A stretch of DNA of 60,576 nucleotides, filler included, from Sluysia triapertura (GCA_046118255.1; 4 parts of 4 records of this genome joined end to end with filler, not necessarily neighbours in it); one strand, 5' to 3'; shown: positions 1-13,153, counted from the first letter of the whole stretch. Notes: generated from the letters alone by a model not told the origin. Program-made: numbers and translations.

Positions 1-878
1 TGTTTATGCCTTTATGTGAGTCCTCTATAATATCCGGCTTACACGCTTAAGGGCTGATACATAGATGTCAGTGTAAGAATATGGCTGCATGTAATGGCAG
101 GTCAAAGAAAGTACTGAATTTTCTGTTGATTCGTTTGTTTAAGTAATATGTATTTTATATCTGATCTACTTTATAGGGATCTATTAAACGGATTTTGTTT
201 TAATATAAATTTACTTATCTGCTAATATGAGTCTAAAATTTAAATTAATTTTAAAATTATGTAATTTATCTGTGTGCGTATGTAAAGGAAATATGAATTC
301 GTTAGGTGATTCTCTTTAATTTGCGTTAAAACAAATAAGGCGACTTAGACCGTTAAATTAAAAATTAAGAATTGACTTTAATTTGTTTTATTTTTCTTTG
401 AAAAGGCTTTAATCAAAAAACTTAATTAAAATTTGTATAAGAATGAATTACAATAAGGTTATAAAGAAAAATTAACATGATAAGCTTTATACGTTAAAGT
501 AAAATATTCAATTAAAATTTAATAATTCAAATAACAATGTTAATAATATTATTGAACAATCATTAATATTATTATTAATTTCGTAATAAAATTTTACTAG
601 ATAAAAATGAACTCAAATTTTATAAATTAATTTTTAAAATTAAATCTTAATTCATTAACGATTATATTTGAACATAATATAAAACATTTGAATGTAATAT
701 AAAAATTAGTCTTCAGAATTATCGCTTGCCGATTAAATCGAAATATATTACCAATTTGGATAAATTTTGTTTCTCAAATCATATTTGTTTCTTAAGTTAC
801 TATTGAATAAGTTATATAAGTATTACTGAATTAATCCCTAATAAGTTTAATCAAAGTCTAACCTGATTTACCAATAGT

Positions 879-2080
879 ATGAGTAAATTTTCATTATATA
901 AGAATATATAGCTAAAATATATTTAAAGAGGACTATAAAGCTAAATTGAAAAGCTATACAACAAAAGTGACTTTATGTGATTATTTTAAAGATTATATGG
1001 TCCAATTAGCTAGAGAAATGCGCAAATTTAATGAAACAGAGGAAGATCCACTACGAATATGATAGTTTCTGCGAAGCCAATGGATGGAACGAAATATGAA
1101 AGATTAAAAAAATCCAAAATTATTTAACTGGAGTGGCGATCCAGACCTATAAAGAAATAAATGACAAGAATAAATTAACTTGGAATGCATCCGTAAATGC
1201 CTTTACCGAGGAGATTATGATACCGAGGAAAGTATTATAATAAAATGTTAAGTTTAAGAAAACAAAAACAGGAATTCTCCCAGAGCAAGAATAACAGAAG
1301 ATAAAAAATAAATTATATAAAGTGATAATAATTTACGCCCGGAATTAAGAACTTATGTTACATTAATTGAAGATGTACCTTTTAAGGAAATGATTAAAAA
1401 ATTAAGAAATATAGAAACATCTAAATATGGTGATAAAGATAATATTAATTATGTAAGTAATAACGAATATAAAAGCCCAAAACCTATAAGAAATAATACT
1501 AAGGATAAATATAATGATTCTACTAATCGATACAATAATCATGATAACCCTTCAATTAAGAATAACTCTTTAAATTATAATGAATATAATAGTAATAGGA
1601 ATAATAATTATAGATATAATAACCCCGCAGATGTATTTCTAATTGTAGGGGTAATCCAAGAAATTACAACAATTATAGAGAAAATAATTACAATACAAGA
1701 GGATTCCAAAATACTAGAGGAAATTGAAACAATAATTATGATTGAGCAAATTATGAACAAAGATCAGCACCAAGATTGCAACAAAATGGAAATATAAATA
1801 ATCAAAACAATTACAGTGGCACAAGAAAAGTCTGAATAGATATATTAAGAGACAAACTAATACAGAAGAAGAAATACGTTGCGATAATTGCGGAAAATAT
1901 AGGCACTCTGCAAGAAATTATAGGAATTTAAAACAAAATACATTTAGTCAGGATTTCTCTAAGAAAAGGGGCCCTCAGCAACAAAAATACCAAAGCCATA
2001 ATAGGAAAGTAAGGTTTAATGATAACAGTGAAAATGATAAAGGACAAATAAATTGCAATTATAGAAATCAAACAAATTAA
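879..2080 (+). pseudogene. gag: Ty3/gypsy gag relic with degenerate CCHC zinc knuckle
   Basis: Frameshifted/stopped ORF. N-terminal retrotransposon-gag motif (FNETEEDP...AEANGW...K at ~1025-1110), Asn-rich linker (ORF 1390-1797), and knuckle CDNCGKYRHSARNY at 1880-1921 (CX2CX4HX4C with the last Cys mutated). Confidence 0.75.
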
Positions 2081-2105
2081 AATTTCAAAAAAATGAATTC
2101 GAGGA

Positions 2106-3365
2106 TGTATTGTATCTTTTAATACTTTTATTTTCCCAACTTATTAAATTAAAACTCAATAACTAAATAAATTCAAAATCTCTATATATATTTTTTATAT
2201 TATCACAAAATTACAACCAAAGTATATAAATTACACCTTATAAAAATGTAAATTATTCTTTAAAGACAAATCACCACTAGGGACCACACAACTTATTTAA
2301 ACTTTAGCACCCGCATTAATGCAAAATATAAACAGTAAGAAATATATTACTAACCCTTGTTCTAAAAAGAAAATGGTTTATTTTAATCAATTTCTAAAGA
2401 AATAACTTTAGTTTCACCGCCATCCACTGATGAACTAAAGCAGCTTCCTACAATTGAAAAGTTAATTCGATTTTTCTTAACTCTGTCCTAATGTCAACTT
2501 CTCTTGCAGAAATGTAACTTTTTTATGTTAATTAGTAAAATTAAAAATCATAAATCGAACAAGACGGAAATTAAAACTGTCGATTTTATATTAGTCGTCA
2601 ATAAGCCGACCAATTTTGCTAATTAAATTTCAACGATAATTTCCGTTTATGTTCAACTTCATTATCATTCTTATTATCCAAAGATAATGGAATTTGTGGT
2701 AAACATCATCTAATATCATCTCATTAAAATTTAAAATCATTATTATACTGTTATTATATTAATAACGTAATTTGTCAACTTAATTATTTCATTATTTCGT
2801 GATAAAATTAATGAAATAATAAATTTATTTCTCACAGGAATCTTTTGCATACTACTTTATGGAATCGTACGTTGCACGTCAAATTCAATAACATATAAGC
2901 ATCAATTTGATATATACCTCATTAATACTTAGACCTCGGAACATATTTAACTTTAATTTTAAATTATAAAATAGCTAATTTAAATTTAAATAGCTAATTT
3001 TTACGTTATCTACGTTAATGTGCTTCGAAATACTTCATCATTAAAAATACTAATAAAACTCAATATTATACAGCAAATCCAATATCATTATATGATGGTC
3101 AAATATTTTTATTAACTTATCAAATTAAACAAATTTTAATTAAGTTAATTAATAAATGTAATTTAATATTTTAACAAATAAAAATTTGTAAAGGGTTATT
3201 TTTTCATATTTCTCATTATTTTGTTTTAATTCAAGTATTTTGTATGCTTATTTTACCATTATAATTCATCATAATACTTTATCTTAATTCTTCAGTAACA
3301 TTTGCCTTATTTTGTTATCCTCAGTTCTGACCTTTATCGACCTTTATCCTTCACTAATAGCAACA
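2106..3365 (+). mobile_element. LTR copy 1 (TGT...CAACA), probably a solo LTR inserted in the gypsy ORF
   Basis: ~1.26-kb direct repeat of 9406-10767, colinear but clearly diverged (shared blocks such as atccactgatgaactaaagcagctt, gttcaacttcattatcattc, ttattaacttatcaaattaaacaaattttaattaagttaattaa). TG...CA termini. Flanks gagga/gatgg could be a degenerate 5-bp TSD. Confidence 0.8.
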
Positions 3366-5400
3366 GATGGTTACCAATATGAAGAAGAAGAACCTAGAAG
3401 AAACAGAAGAAATAACAAGAAAAAACAAAGAAGAAGAGAATCGAGTAGTGACGAAGAAAATAACTACTTAAAATTAATAAATGATGAAGAAAAGAATGCC
3501 ATGCTACGAGAATTTTATATTACTGGATTGGATTGTGACAAAAACCGATTTAAGAATAAACAGGAAGACGTTTTCTTGAGTTATATGCACGATAGGTATC
3601 GAGAATTTCAAAAAGACAAACAACGACAATAACAGAATGAAAAAGAAGAAAACCGATTGGCAATACAACCAATCCAAACCAGGATTCGAGAAATAGACTT
3701 AATAAAATACGTAATTTTAAATGAAGATATGAAACAAAGAATTCAACAAATAATTGACAAATTGGAAAGTAAAACAAAGAAAATTAATAAAGAAATAGAT
3801 TCAGATTCAAGAGAAATTGAATAAATTGAATCAAATATAGAACCTAGTAATACAGGAGAAGAGGTAAAAGATTAAGATAATAAGGAGAAATCATTTGAAG
3901 AAATCAATTAAAGTGATAGTCAAGAAGCTGAAACAGATATTGAAAATGTTAAAAGTAATGATGATGAAGAATTACAAGTGGAAGAAATAGATGTGGATAC
4001 AGAAGAATAATCATACTTTAGTGCCAGTGAAAATGTGAAAATGGAAGAATAAATGAATGTAATTAAGGAATTTAAAAAGGAACCAATAAGTATTTTGGTG
4101 AATGAAAAAATGGATATCCCAGAATTACAAAGAGATCAGGAAGTTAAGGAATTTTTATTACATTTGGCTAATGGTATAACAAATGCTAAAAATTTAAACG
4201 AAAACTTAAATAATTACTTAGACTAGAATTAAAATTTATATGATATTAATTAATACTTGCTATATTAAGCAAAGAAGACGGTTCATGCAAAAATAAAGGT
4301 AGGAAACTATTAAGAAAAATAGGTCAAAACGAAAGAGATTTGATGAAAATAAAAATAATTATTAATAATATTATGAATATTTCAATGGAACTTCCAATAA
4401 CGTCAACAGTAAAGGATATTATAGAATTAATTAAATCAAATTATACAGGAATAACAGAAATTAACTTATATTTTTACGAGAGAAAGTTAATTCCCCATGA
4501 ATTTATAAATGACTACTGTTATCCATCAATGATGGAAACCATGAAGAATCATTGATAGCTTCAGCAATTATAAAGTAGTAAATCTTCTGATAATAATAAA
4601 ATTAGTAATAAATTTTTTGATAAGTTGGCTCAGAGTAAACCATTAATTGACCCACACCATGAAAAAGTGTCAGATGTCGATGTAGATAATTCTCCATGAT
4701 CACTATTAAAAGAATTATTAGAAGATGATTACAATAATAATAGCAATGATAAAAAATATATGGATAATGAAGTTATAGATATTACCAAAGATAATGATGA
4801 TTTTATTGAAGAAAACCTGACTATATAGAAACCCTCATATTGAAACAGAAAATAAGGAAACTAACATTCACAAGAAAACCAGATAGATATAGAAAAAAAT
4901 AAGGATAATAACGAAACATAGAAAACCCATTGATTTAACAAAAGTAACCTATAATAATAAAGAAGAAGCATTAGACACAAAAAGCTTAATTTACCCACTA
5001 CTGTGAAGTAAGTTCTATTTTGATAATTATAAAACATTATTACCCTAAATAAAAGATCACAAAGCTACATTAACAAGGATATTTAAAATTATGGAAGAAA
5101 AGTTACAAAAACACGAATATGTGATTATATAGATAACGGACAATATAAGTTAGTAATCACAAAACAAATTGATGTTTATATTAATAAAAAAACTTAAAAT
5201 TATGATAGCTTATTTAATATTTCAATGCAATAAAGCAACATTGTTAACTTTATAATTTTAAATAAAAGATTAAAATTATAAACTTTGTTGATAAGAAAAT
5301 TGACAAGTAGATAAATGGACAAGGATGATAGAAAAATATTATTAAGGAAAAATAAGAAAAGAGTAAACTTAATGAATCACTTAATTTAATATTAAAATTG
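3366..5400 (+). pseudogene. Degraded retroelement accessory ORF (basic and acidic low-complexity tracts) containing a UBL domain
   Basis: Purine-rich coding-like stretch with stops and frameshifts: DGYQYEEEEPRRNRRNNKKKQRRRESSSDEEN..., long Glu/Asp-rich tracts; lies between gag and the glycoprotein. Confidence 0.5.
4340..4555 (+). pseudogene. Ubiquitin-like (UBL) domain inside the retroelement
   Basis: MKIKIIINNIMNISMELPITSTVKDIIELIKSNYTGITEINLYFYERKLIPHEFINDY follows the ubiquitin pattern (MQIFV...LEV...TI..VK..I.....L.F.GK.L.....SDY). Confidence 0.55.
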
Positions 5401-5439
5401 ATTAACAATAACGAAATTTCAAATGAATCAACTCCACAA

Positions 5440-7158
5440 TTTGGAACGTAAATAATTGTTTTACTAGCGTTACTTGGAATTCATAAAACAAATGCTGTTA
5501 AAGCTTTTGACTGCAGCCAATCACAAATATGAAGAAAATTTTCCTTATTAGACACTGAAGACTGCCAAAAATCAAGACCAAATAGGGTTAAAATAAAAGA
5601 CAATATTAAACGTCTACTAAAAAGGAAATCTAGTTACTCCTTTAATTAGAGAATGCTCGGTTAAAAGATCCGTAGTCATATGGTATTGTGGACACCATAG
5701 TCATTCATCTATAAGTGATATATCAAACCATTTAAAATATCACCAAATAATTGTCGTTACGCTTCGAAAACCGGATATAAAAATTAAATAAAGGAGACAA
5801 ATCAAGGACTAAAAATAACGAAAAAATAATTTATAATATAAGGACATCTGGAAATGTACTGTTATATGGTACTTGTGAAAAAGCATCAATAGAATATGAA
5901 GGAAAGATTTATCATATTTTGTAACGCATTTGTGGTAACTTTATGATCCTTTAACGAAAGTTTCAATCTGGAAAAAAGTTGATTTTGTAGAATTAATAAA
6001 ACTAGTTTTGACACTGACGAATCAACTTTAATATATAAATTAGAAAAATTTCAATGCCCACTAATATTTTTAAAACAAATTAAGTTTAATTTAATATCTG
6101 GATTTATGTACTAAAATGAAGATTTAGCTGCCGAAGAAATATGTAAAAACAAAATCCATAAAGATAATATAGAAGAAACACAAAGAAAAAGACTAAATGA
6201 AATAGAAACTCCTACAATATTAAAGGCGAATAAGAAAGAGGATGGATTAATATTCGTATCAAAGAAATTAGTAATTAGATGTGGACAAGAAATAACTGAA
6301 ACCAGTTACCAAGGAATATAAGCGAAGAAAGGTGTAGATACAAAAAAATCTTTAAATGAATAAATATTTTAATTACAAAATTGACTTTTATTACCATTTA
6401 GAACTCATGTCATTAGAAAAGTTTACTAAGCGATAATAATCACAGATTTCCAAATAAATAAGGAAATTCTAAGAACCAAATTAGCTGTAAAAATAACAAA
6501 CACAGATTTAGTAGCGCCACTACTCCCTTTAGAATTAGTTTTTAGCAGATTAATGGGTGAAGTTTTTTATACATATAAAAATGATTCTACAAATGAATTG
6601 CCAGTCACATATAAAAATCAACTAACCTACCTAGAACCATTTATAAGAATAATTATGCCGATTAATAAATTAAAACCGAAAATACTACACTGCTCTAATG
6701 TTGTGGCACCTGAATAAAAAAATCTATGGATATCCGTACAACATCGAAACCAAGTTAAAAATCCGGAAACAAAGTTAAAATTTTCAGTCATAAAAAATAT
6801 TCCAAGTATTTATTCAAATGAAGATATTCGAGCATAATTGTACGAAATATTATTCACTATCAAAAGTTTTAATATAAATTGTTGACAAAGCGGTAGTAGA
6901 AAAACATGGCAGATTAAACTTCGAGTTATTACTAGAACCAGATCATTTCAAGAAAACAGCACATAATACCTTAAAACAAATATGGGGAAGTTTTTTGTAT
7001 TTGTTCAAGCATTTTCATGATTAATAGATATACACATAATAATTAAAGTTATTGCTCTTATTATATCCCAAATATTAGGTTTTACTTGGAAATTAATAAC
7101 AGTGTCTTTCTTTTTGGCTACATTTATATGCTTTAAAGAAAGAAATAAAATATTCTGA
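5440..7158 (+). pseudogene. env: Chuvirus-type envelope glycoprotein (env-like), degraded
   Basis: Signal peptide IIVLLALLGIHKTNA then VKAFDCS (5503-5517), FSLLDTEDC, RECSVKRSVVIWYCGHHSHSS (~5650-5710), KIDFYYHLE..., FSRLMGEVFYTYK (~6541-6580), NELPVTYKNQLTYLEP..RII, and C-terminal hydrophobic segments IIKVIALIISQILGFTWKLITVSFFLATFICF. These colinear motifs match chuviral G (AYDC, SLLDVGEC, HCGMHSH, AGEV, ELPVTY). Confidence 0.8.
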
Positions 7159-7266
7159 AGAAACAACATTACAAACAATCGATATGGAAGTAGTTAATAA
7201 AAGAAGAAAGACAAAACCTATATCAATCTCCTCCTATAAATTTAGATTATATAATGTGTGCAAATA

Positions 7267-7878
7267 ATAATATAATAGCGCACGAAGACCTGTATTAGAT
7301 ATGAAAGTAAATGGAAGAATATTATTAGCATTAGTAGATTCAGAAGCAGTAGCTCCCTTAATTAGTGAATCAATGCTAACTACTAAAGAACTTAATAATT
7401 TAGCTAAGCAACATTCGCATCTAAAAGGCATAACCGGAGATGAAATTTAAATCCTAAGAGTATTAAAAATATTATGTGAAATGTGTAAGAGTTTTACTGA
7501 AAAGTTATCTTACATAATACCTAGAGGTCAAGTTAACCTAATTAGCACGGTTTATCTCTTCAAGAAGGATGTTGGTCTTAATAAATCGCCTGGTCTTAAT
7601 TTTCAAGTCAACAATTATTACTTAGTCACGTTTCAAGTTAGTCTTTATTTTAAGTTATAACGTAATTGGAAATTATGAATATAATTAGCCTTTATGCTCT
7701 AATCAAAAATTAAGTGTTAAGCTAGCCTTTATGGTCTGGCTTGCAAATAAATCGCATTTTATACATTTAAGATAGCCTTCTTAAGGTCCAGCAGATAAAT
7801 CTATATTTTAAATTAAGAATTAAAATTTAGTAGTCAAAAATTCTTAAGAGTTAGTAATCAATATTACAACTAAGAAGC

Positions 7879-7918
<40 letters not shown>

Positions 7919-9405
7919 TGAAATTAATTACTTAAGGATTTTAATTCCTTAGTAATGATTCAAGATTTTAATTAAGCTGGTCTTTAAGATCTAGTGTTCA
8001 ATATTTTTAATATTCGCTTAACATATAATTAAACTTAACAAAAATAAATTACTTTTGCATGAATATTGTCTTGGACGAATATAATTTTCTTCCAGTCTAC
8101 CACAATAGAAATTCAGCCATTTAAATAGTTAAATTTCTACTGTGGAAGCCACATTGAAAATCAATTATTTTGATTTAATAAAACAAATTAAAATTATATT
8201 TCTTTAAAACACAATTTCAGTTTCTTTAAAATAAAATATTTATTTTTTAATTTCTTTAAAATAAAATTAATATTCATTTTATTTAATTACAAAATTTATA
8301 ATCTTTGTTTAAAATAAAATTAATATTTATTTTATTAACAATGTTTATTTTATTAACAAAATTTATTTTATTAAGTTTAACTTTAAAATTAAACTTTTAT
8401 AATATTAATAATAAATTTAATAAAATAAATACAATAAATACATTATAATAAATACATTAACATTAAGCGTTCTTACAAAGAGGAAAAAATTAAATGTTGA
8501 GTAATGCGAAAATTCCCAGAGATATTAGGTATGGATGTACTATCACAACTAGATTTCATCAAAGTCACACGAAAGGACAGCTGTACTGATCGACCAATAG
8601 AGGACGACGATGTAACACTAGAAGAAGAGAATATATAATCCCAGGAAAAACAAATAACTTAAAAATGGTTCATAGCATCAAAAATTAATCAGGAAAAGTT
8701 ACATATTGGAATAGCAAATTCCGTCTTTAGAATTCGAGATAATAATATACCTATAAGAATAAAAACTGCATGGAAAAAAATTAATGGATATTTGCAGGAA
8801 CTAAATTATAATATTAAATTATAAGTTAGAATCACAAATAAAGTAGTATCAAATAATAAAATAAGGAGATATAGATTACAAGGAGATATAAATTACAAGG
8901 AGATATAGACACTGAAGATGAAGAAGATTATGAATAAATACAAATAAAAAAAGAATTTGACTAAACAACAAAAAGAAATATTAATTAGGGTAATTTATAG
9001 ATATCCATGGGCAATAGCTAGAAATAAATATGGTGTAGGAGATTCAGTAATTATAATACATGAAATTCCATTAATCGAAGATAAAGTTATTAGAAATAAA
9101 CCATTGAGAATACATATGTGTAATCAACAATGAAGAAGGCTTGGCTTATTAGACCAAACATCTTACCATTTTCTTCACCAGTACTACTGGTAAAAAAGAA
9201 ATATGGAACCATGAGATTTTGTATGGATTTGAGAGAATTAAATAAAATAACAAGTAATGATTTGTTTCCACTACCAAATGCTAGTGGAAATGCTAGTGGA
9301 TGAAATGCTAGATAAACTAGGAAATAAAAATATTTTACTACATTAGATCTTCAAAGTGGTTACTGGCAAATCAAAACAGCAGAGAAAGATAAGCATAAAA
9401 CAGCC
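7267..9405 (+). pseudogene. pol: Ty3/gypsy pol relic: retropepsin plus N-terminal RT, split by a solo LTR and truncated by LTR copy 2
   Basis: RPVLDMKVNGRILLALVDSEA (DSG-type site, 7337), LKGITG, then after the insertion PEILGMDVLSQLDF. RT motifs PFSSPVLLVKKKYGTMRFCMDLRELNKIT (~9167-9251) and YFTTLDLQSGYWQIKTAEKDKHKTA (9331-9405). Confidence 0.9.
7484..8477. mobile_element. Solo LTR of a second family inserted within the protease
   Basis: 994-bp non-coding block with inverted termini TGTAAGA...TCTTACA. It separates the DSG and ILGMD halves of the retropepsin. TSD imperfect (aaatg/aagag). Confidence 0.7.
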
Positions 9406-10767
9406 TGTTGTTGTGCCTTTTATACTTTTTATTTTACAAATTATTAATCAAAACCCAATAACTAAACCATTTCAGAATCTCGATATATTCTTTGAATTAT
9501 CACAAAATTACAATTAAAAGATATAAACTATTCTTTCTAACAACGAAAATACAAATTATTCTAACAAAATACAAATTATTCTTTATAACAATATTATAAA
9601 CTGTTATTTATAACGTAAATTACTCTCTAAGAACAAATCACAACCAGGGTGACACAACTTAAATCTTCGCACCCGTATTAAAGAGTAAGAAATATAAAGA
9701 GTAAGAAATATATAAAAAAACCTTGTCCTAAAAGGAAAATGGTTTATTTTAGTCTTATTGCTGAAGAAATGACATCAGTTATCCACTGATGAACTAAAGC
9801 AGCTTCCCTACAGTTAAAAAGTTTGCTCTATTTGATTTATCCTGACTCTGTCCTTTTCACTTCTGTTTTAATTGCAGAAATGTAATTAATAATTAATAAT
9901 TAATGCCAATTAATAAAATTAAAAATCAGAAATCGAAATCAGAAATTAAAGCTGTCGATTTTCTTTTAGTCGGAAATAAGCCGACTAATTTCGCCGATTA
10001 AATGTCGACAGTAGATTCCGTCTGTGTTCAACTTCATTATCATTCCAATTATTTAACGATAATGGGATATGTGGCAAACAATCCCCTTATCTTCTTAATA
10101 TCATCTAATTAAAATTTAAAATCATTGTTACATTGATTTTATAATAATAACGTAATTTGTCAACTTAATTAAACGATAAAATTAATGAAATAATAAATTT
10201 ATTCCTCGCAGGAGTATTCTGCATTAGCACGTTGTGCGTCAACCGTAAGTTGCACGTCATGTTCAAGAACATATTTGAATTGGTCTCTCTATAAGAATTA
10301 ATTTGATATATACTTTATTAATACTTAGACATCGGAACATTTTTAACTTTAATTTTAAATTATAAAAATTAATTAAAATGACTAATTTTTACGTTATCTA
10401 CCTTGACTTGCTTCGCAATATTTCATCGTCAAAAACACTAATAAAACTCAACATTATACACTAAATCCAATATCATTATATGATGGGCAAATATTTTTAT
10501 TAACTTATCAAATTAAACAAATTTTAATTAAGTTAATTAACAAAAAACTTTAATATTGTAACAAATATTTCTCATTTGTTATTTCTCAAATATTTCTCAT
10601 TTCTCGTATTTCTCATTATTTTATTTTGATTTAAGTATTTTATATGCTTATCCTACAATTACAGTTCATCCTAATACATCATTTTAATTTTTTAATAATG
10701 TTGAACTTATTCTATTATCTTTAGTTTTGACCCTTACATCTACCTTTATCCTTTATCAATCTCAACA
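9406..10767 (+). mobile_element. LTR copy 2 (TGTTG...CAACA) interrupting RT
   Basis: Direct repeat of 2106-3365 with perfect 5-bp inverted termini. Begins immediately after the RT KTA codons; no TSD visible (cagcc/tatct). Confidence 0.8.
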
Positions 10768-11497
10768 TATCTCTGTTCGCCAAGAAGTCTTTGTCCTCAA
10801 GGACTATAAACAATTACCTATCAATACGTAGTAAACAAGGAAAATAAATTAAAGATGACAAAACAATGAATTTTAATCGGTCCACAGTAAATTTATACAA
10901 TACAAAAGAAAGAAATGAATGCAATTATTTGCTTATTAGAATTATTTATCATCGAATTTTGCCGCAATGTTTAATAATAATAAAAGGAACTCTGGAAGGC
11001 TTCATTTAAGTTGAATCTTGGCGCGTTGATGCGGAACAATTTTACGCACGTCCTGGAACCAATATTTCACCAGAAAAAAGAAAAATATACATTAACATAA
11101 AGTTTACAGAGGATTTAATATGGTCAATTGAATTATATTTACAATTTTATTAATTTTGTACAGTTTATGCGTATGTAAAACGTTATAAAATTATAAAATT
11201 CTAATTAACAAATGTACTTGTTAATTAAAAGTTAGTCAATGTTTTTCACTAACGACTCCATTTATGTAATGATCATAATTGTTTCCTGATTATGCTCAAT
11301 GATTTTAATCGATTTTCTAGAAGTTGGCGTCTCCTATATCTTTTACTTACAAATGGACAGAGACACACTTGTAAATTTTACGATGCGTTCTCTTTTTCAA
11401 TTAAATTTATTCAATTTTTTATATCAGATTTGGGATTAATATAGCTCCAAACGTATCATATTACTTCCCTTCAATTACGTTAATAGGTTTTATTTAC

Positions 11498-11532
11498 TAT
11501 ATAAAGCTGCCGTTTATTGACTATAGTCATTC
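11498..11532 (+). promoter_or_regulatory. TATA box plus initiator
   Basis: TATATAAA at 11498-11505 and TCATTC (TCAKTY Inr) at 11527-11532, ~30 nt apart, just upstream of ATG 11548. Confidence 0.5.
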
Positions 11533-11547
11533 ATATGGCAGCTTCCA

Positions 11548-12195
11548 ATGGAGGTGAGTTATCTTGTGGATAACATTTAGCTTACTTTAAAATATAATTT
11601 CCTTATTTTTCTACTTTTCATTTATTCTTTATTTTCTATTTTTCTTAGCTACTTATCTTTAGGTTTCAATAATCTTTTATTAAGCATAAATTTCAAATTT
11701 ACTTAAGAACATAAATAAATTCACATATTTTTATAATATAAGGAATTTATGCATATTTTTTCTTTTTAGGTCATTCAAAACAAATTAATGGAATTGATTC
11801 CATATACGGACGAAGAAAAGCATTTCAGAATTCTTAAAGAATTAAAAGAACATTGTAGAAGTGCAGATATGGCAGAACTTATTCTAAGAAATTTCCATCA
11901 CATTCCAGTTAAGCAAAAAGTAAGGAGATTCCGGAAAAAGACTGTCATCATAAAGGCAAAAAATTTAATACCGAATTGTGTCTCTACGGTGGAGAGAAAA
12001 TAACTGCGCTGGTAAGATACCATGGAAGTCGAAAAAAACACAACAATTTCTATGTTGGCTCGGATAGTACAACGAAAGGCACACACCACAAATAAAGTCG
12101 AAATAAACTATAAGGGCCAGCAATTAAGTGGTCTAGGGAAGGAGTTCCTCTTCTTAGCAAATAACGCCTACCATGAGGTCCATGAGATTATTTAG
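11548..12195 (+). pseudogene. Small two-exon gene with C-terminal UBL-like segment and two in-frame TAA stops
   Basis: ATG GAG|gtgagt intron 11554-11769 (tttttag) joins in frame to ORF 11788-12003. Reading through TAA 12001 and 12013 gives MEVEKNTTISMLARIVQRKAHTTNKVEINYKGQQLSG..., ending TAG 12195; AATAAA at 12251. Confidence 0.45.
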
Positions 12196-13153
12196 AAGAA
12201 TTTAGACGTTTATTATTTACATTTTAGTGTTTTTAATTTTTTCTTTTGATAATAAACCTTAGTGCTTTATAGTTATTTCTTATTTTATATTTGAAAGAAA
12301 TATTTGTTTTAAAGAATTTAAATTATTTTTTTGACTCCTTTAACTATAAATATATTTGCCCGGGTCTAAAGATTTTGATTTTTTCTTTAATTTCTTTGAA
12401 ATTATCTTTCAGTTTATATAGTGCCGTGTACAACTCATGTCTAAATTAATTGTTACACATTTTGTTTTAATTTATTACTTTATTTTGAAAAAATATCAAG
12501 AGTTACACTGCTAATCTGAACTAAATTACAATTATTTTATTTTCGATATAACTACACTATTATATAATTTTTCATTTACTCTTCTCAAGAATAAATGTAA
12601 TTATAAAAAAATTGCATTTCCACATATTGAATATTGATCCTTTCACGTTACTTATTCAGAATTAGGTTATACAATCAAATGTTTACATATCTAATTATAA
12701 AATATAACATAAAGTACATTTAAAAATCGTATACCAACTGTTAAAAAAAATTAAATTTACTTTTTTTACTTACTTTTTTTAATTGGTTACACCCAAAGGG
12801 TTAACATCTATTAAAAATAAATTATAAACATATTAATTGCACCGGTCTAAAATAGATTAATAATAACAATAATAATATATAATTTCAAGCATTATCAAAA
12901 CAAATTACAAAATACAAGAAAAATGTTTATCAATGAAAAACAAGATAATAATAAAGATTTGATTTAGTTAAATAATAAATAAAATGTTTCACCATTCAAT
13001 ATGAAACAAAATATACTGCATTGTTTTACAAGATTTTTACGAAAATATAAATTCGGGTGAAGAGCTATAAAAAGAAATACTTCAAAGCTAAAATCAAAAC
13101 TGAATGCCTTGTAATGTCTGTTTTCTATTACACCTTTTCTCTAGGTAATCGAA

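Noticed and set aside
12001-12015. Alternative genetic code (TAA read-through) suggested by in-frame stops
   Set aside because: Relics contain TAA, TAG and TGA stops plus frameshifts, which fits ordinary decay.
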